64,000 nucleotides of DNA from an uncultured Gammaproteobacteria bacterium (GTDB lineage Bacteria > Patescibacteriota > Patescibacteriia > UBA9934), in contig CAZTKG010000001.1 of NCBI GenBank assembly GCA_964613815.1, positions 136,895-200,894 on the forward strand, given 5' to 3'. Positions 63,829-64,000 of the stretch are shown here, piece by piece. Position numbers and translations under genes: made by a program. Position 1 is the stretch's first letter. Each line of letters begins with the position of its first letter. Under the pieces are notes generated by a model, which saw only the letters and a list, made by a program, of their open reading frames with translations, was not told the DNA's origin and made no database searches.

Positions 63829-64000
63829 CTACTCGCGATGCGGAGCAAAGAAGATGACTGAGGCGTGTTTTTCGCCATTTTCGTCTTCTTCAAATTTTAG
63901 GCCGATGCGGATCCCTTCTTCTAGACTCGATTCTGAAACTTCGTCGGTTTTTGAGAGGAACTCTGTTTCATCGGTGTAGGTGACCTCGATCTCGTTACCA
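63829..64000 (-). CDS. 3' end of a gene entering from the right edge (acidic, beta-rich)
   Basis: Manual translation ...GNEIEVTYTDETEFLSKTDEVSESSLEEGIRIGLKFEEDENGEKHASVIFFAPHRE*. Confidence 0.55.
   Translation of the reverse strand, partial: GNEIEVTYTDETEFLSKTDEVSESSLEEGIRIGLKFEEDENGEKHASVIFFAPHRE

Noticed and set aside
13487-63979. ORFs containing PISTLWRDL / PSRPCGEIS / ERSLD peptides (e.g. 13487, 16117, 34879, 37609, 42384, 52493, 63647)
   Set aside because: They are translations of the family A repeat on non-coding frames or antisense to real genes.

Overview
Gene content suggests a Patescibacteria (CPR)-type bacterial chromosome using genetic code 11; this taxonomy is an inference. The core genes are dnaG-rpoD, lepA, mnmA, dnaX, cysS, tRNA-Gln(CTG), a type IV pilus operon, a livKHMGF ABC transporter, a VirD4/TraG-like ATPase, two-component/FIST signalling genes, a divergent SHMT homologue and a WxL-like cell-surface cluster with a signal peptidase I. 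Two unusual layers sit on top of this. (1) More than 25 orphan genes are built as stand-alone cassettes, nearly all with their own near-consensus sigma70 promoter, a GGAG Shine-Dalgarno and a terminator. They form at least three divergent paralog families, whereas the core genes mostly lack an SD. (2) There is a dense population of palindromic REP-like elements (about 15 family-A copies plus families B, C and D). Some sit in frame inside mnmA and dnaX (nested in dnaX), in the lepA 5' leader and in a terminator loop. All coordinates and alignments were made by eye; no database searches were run.
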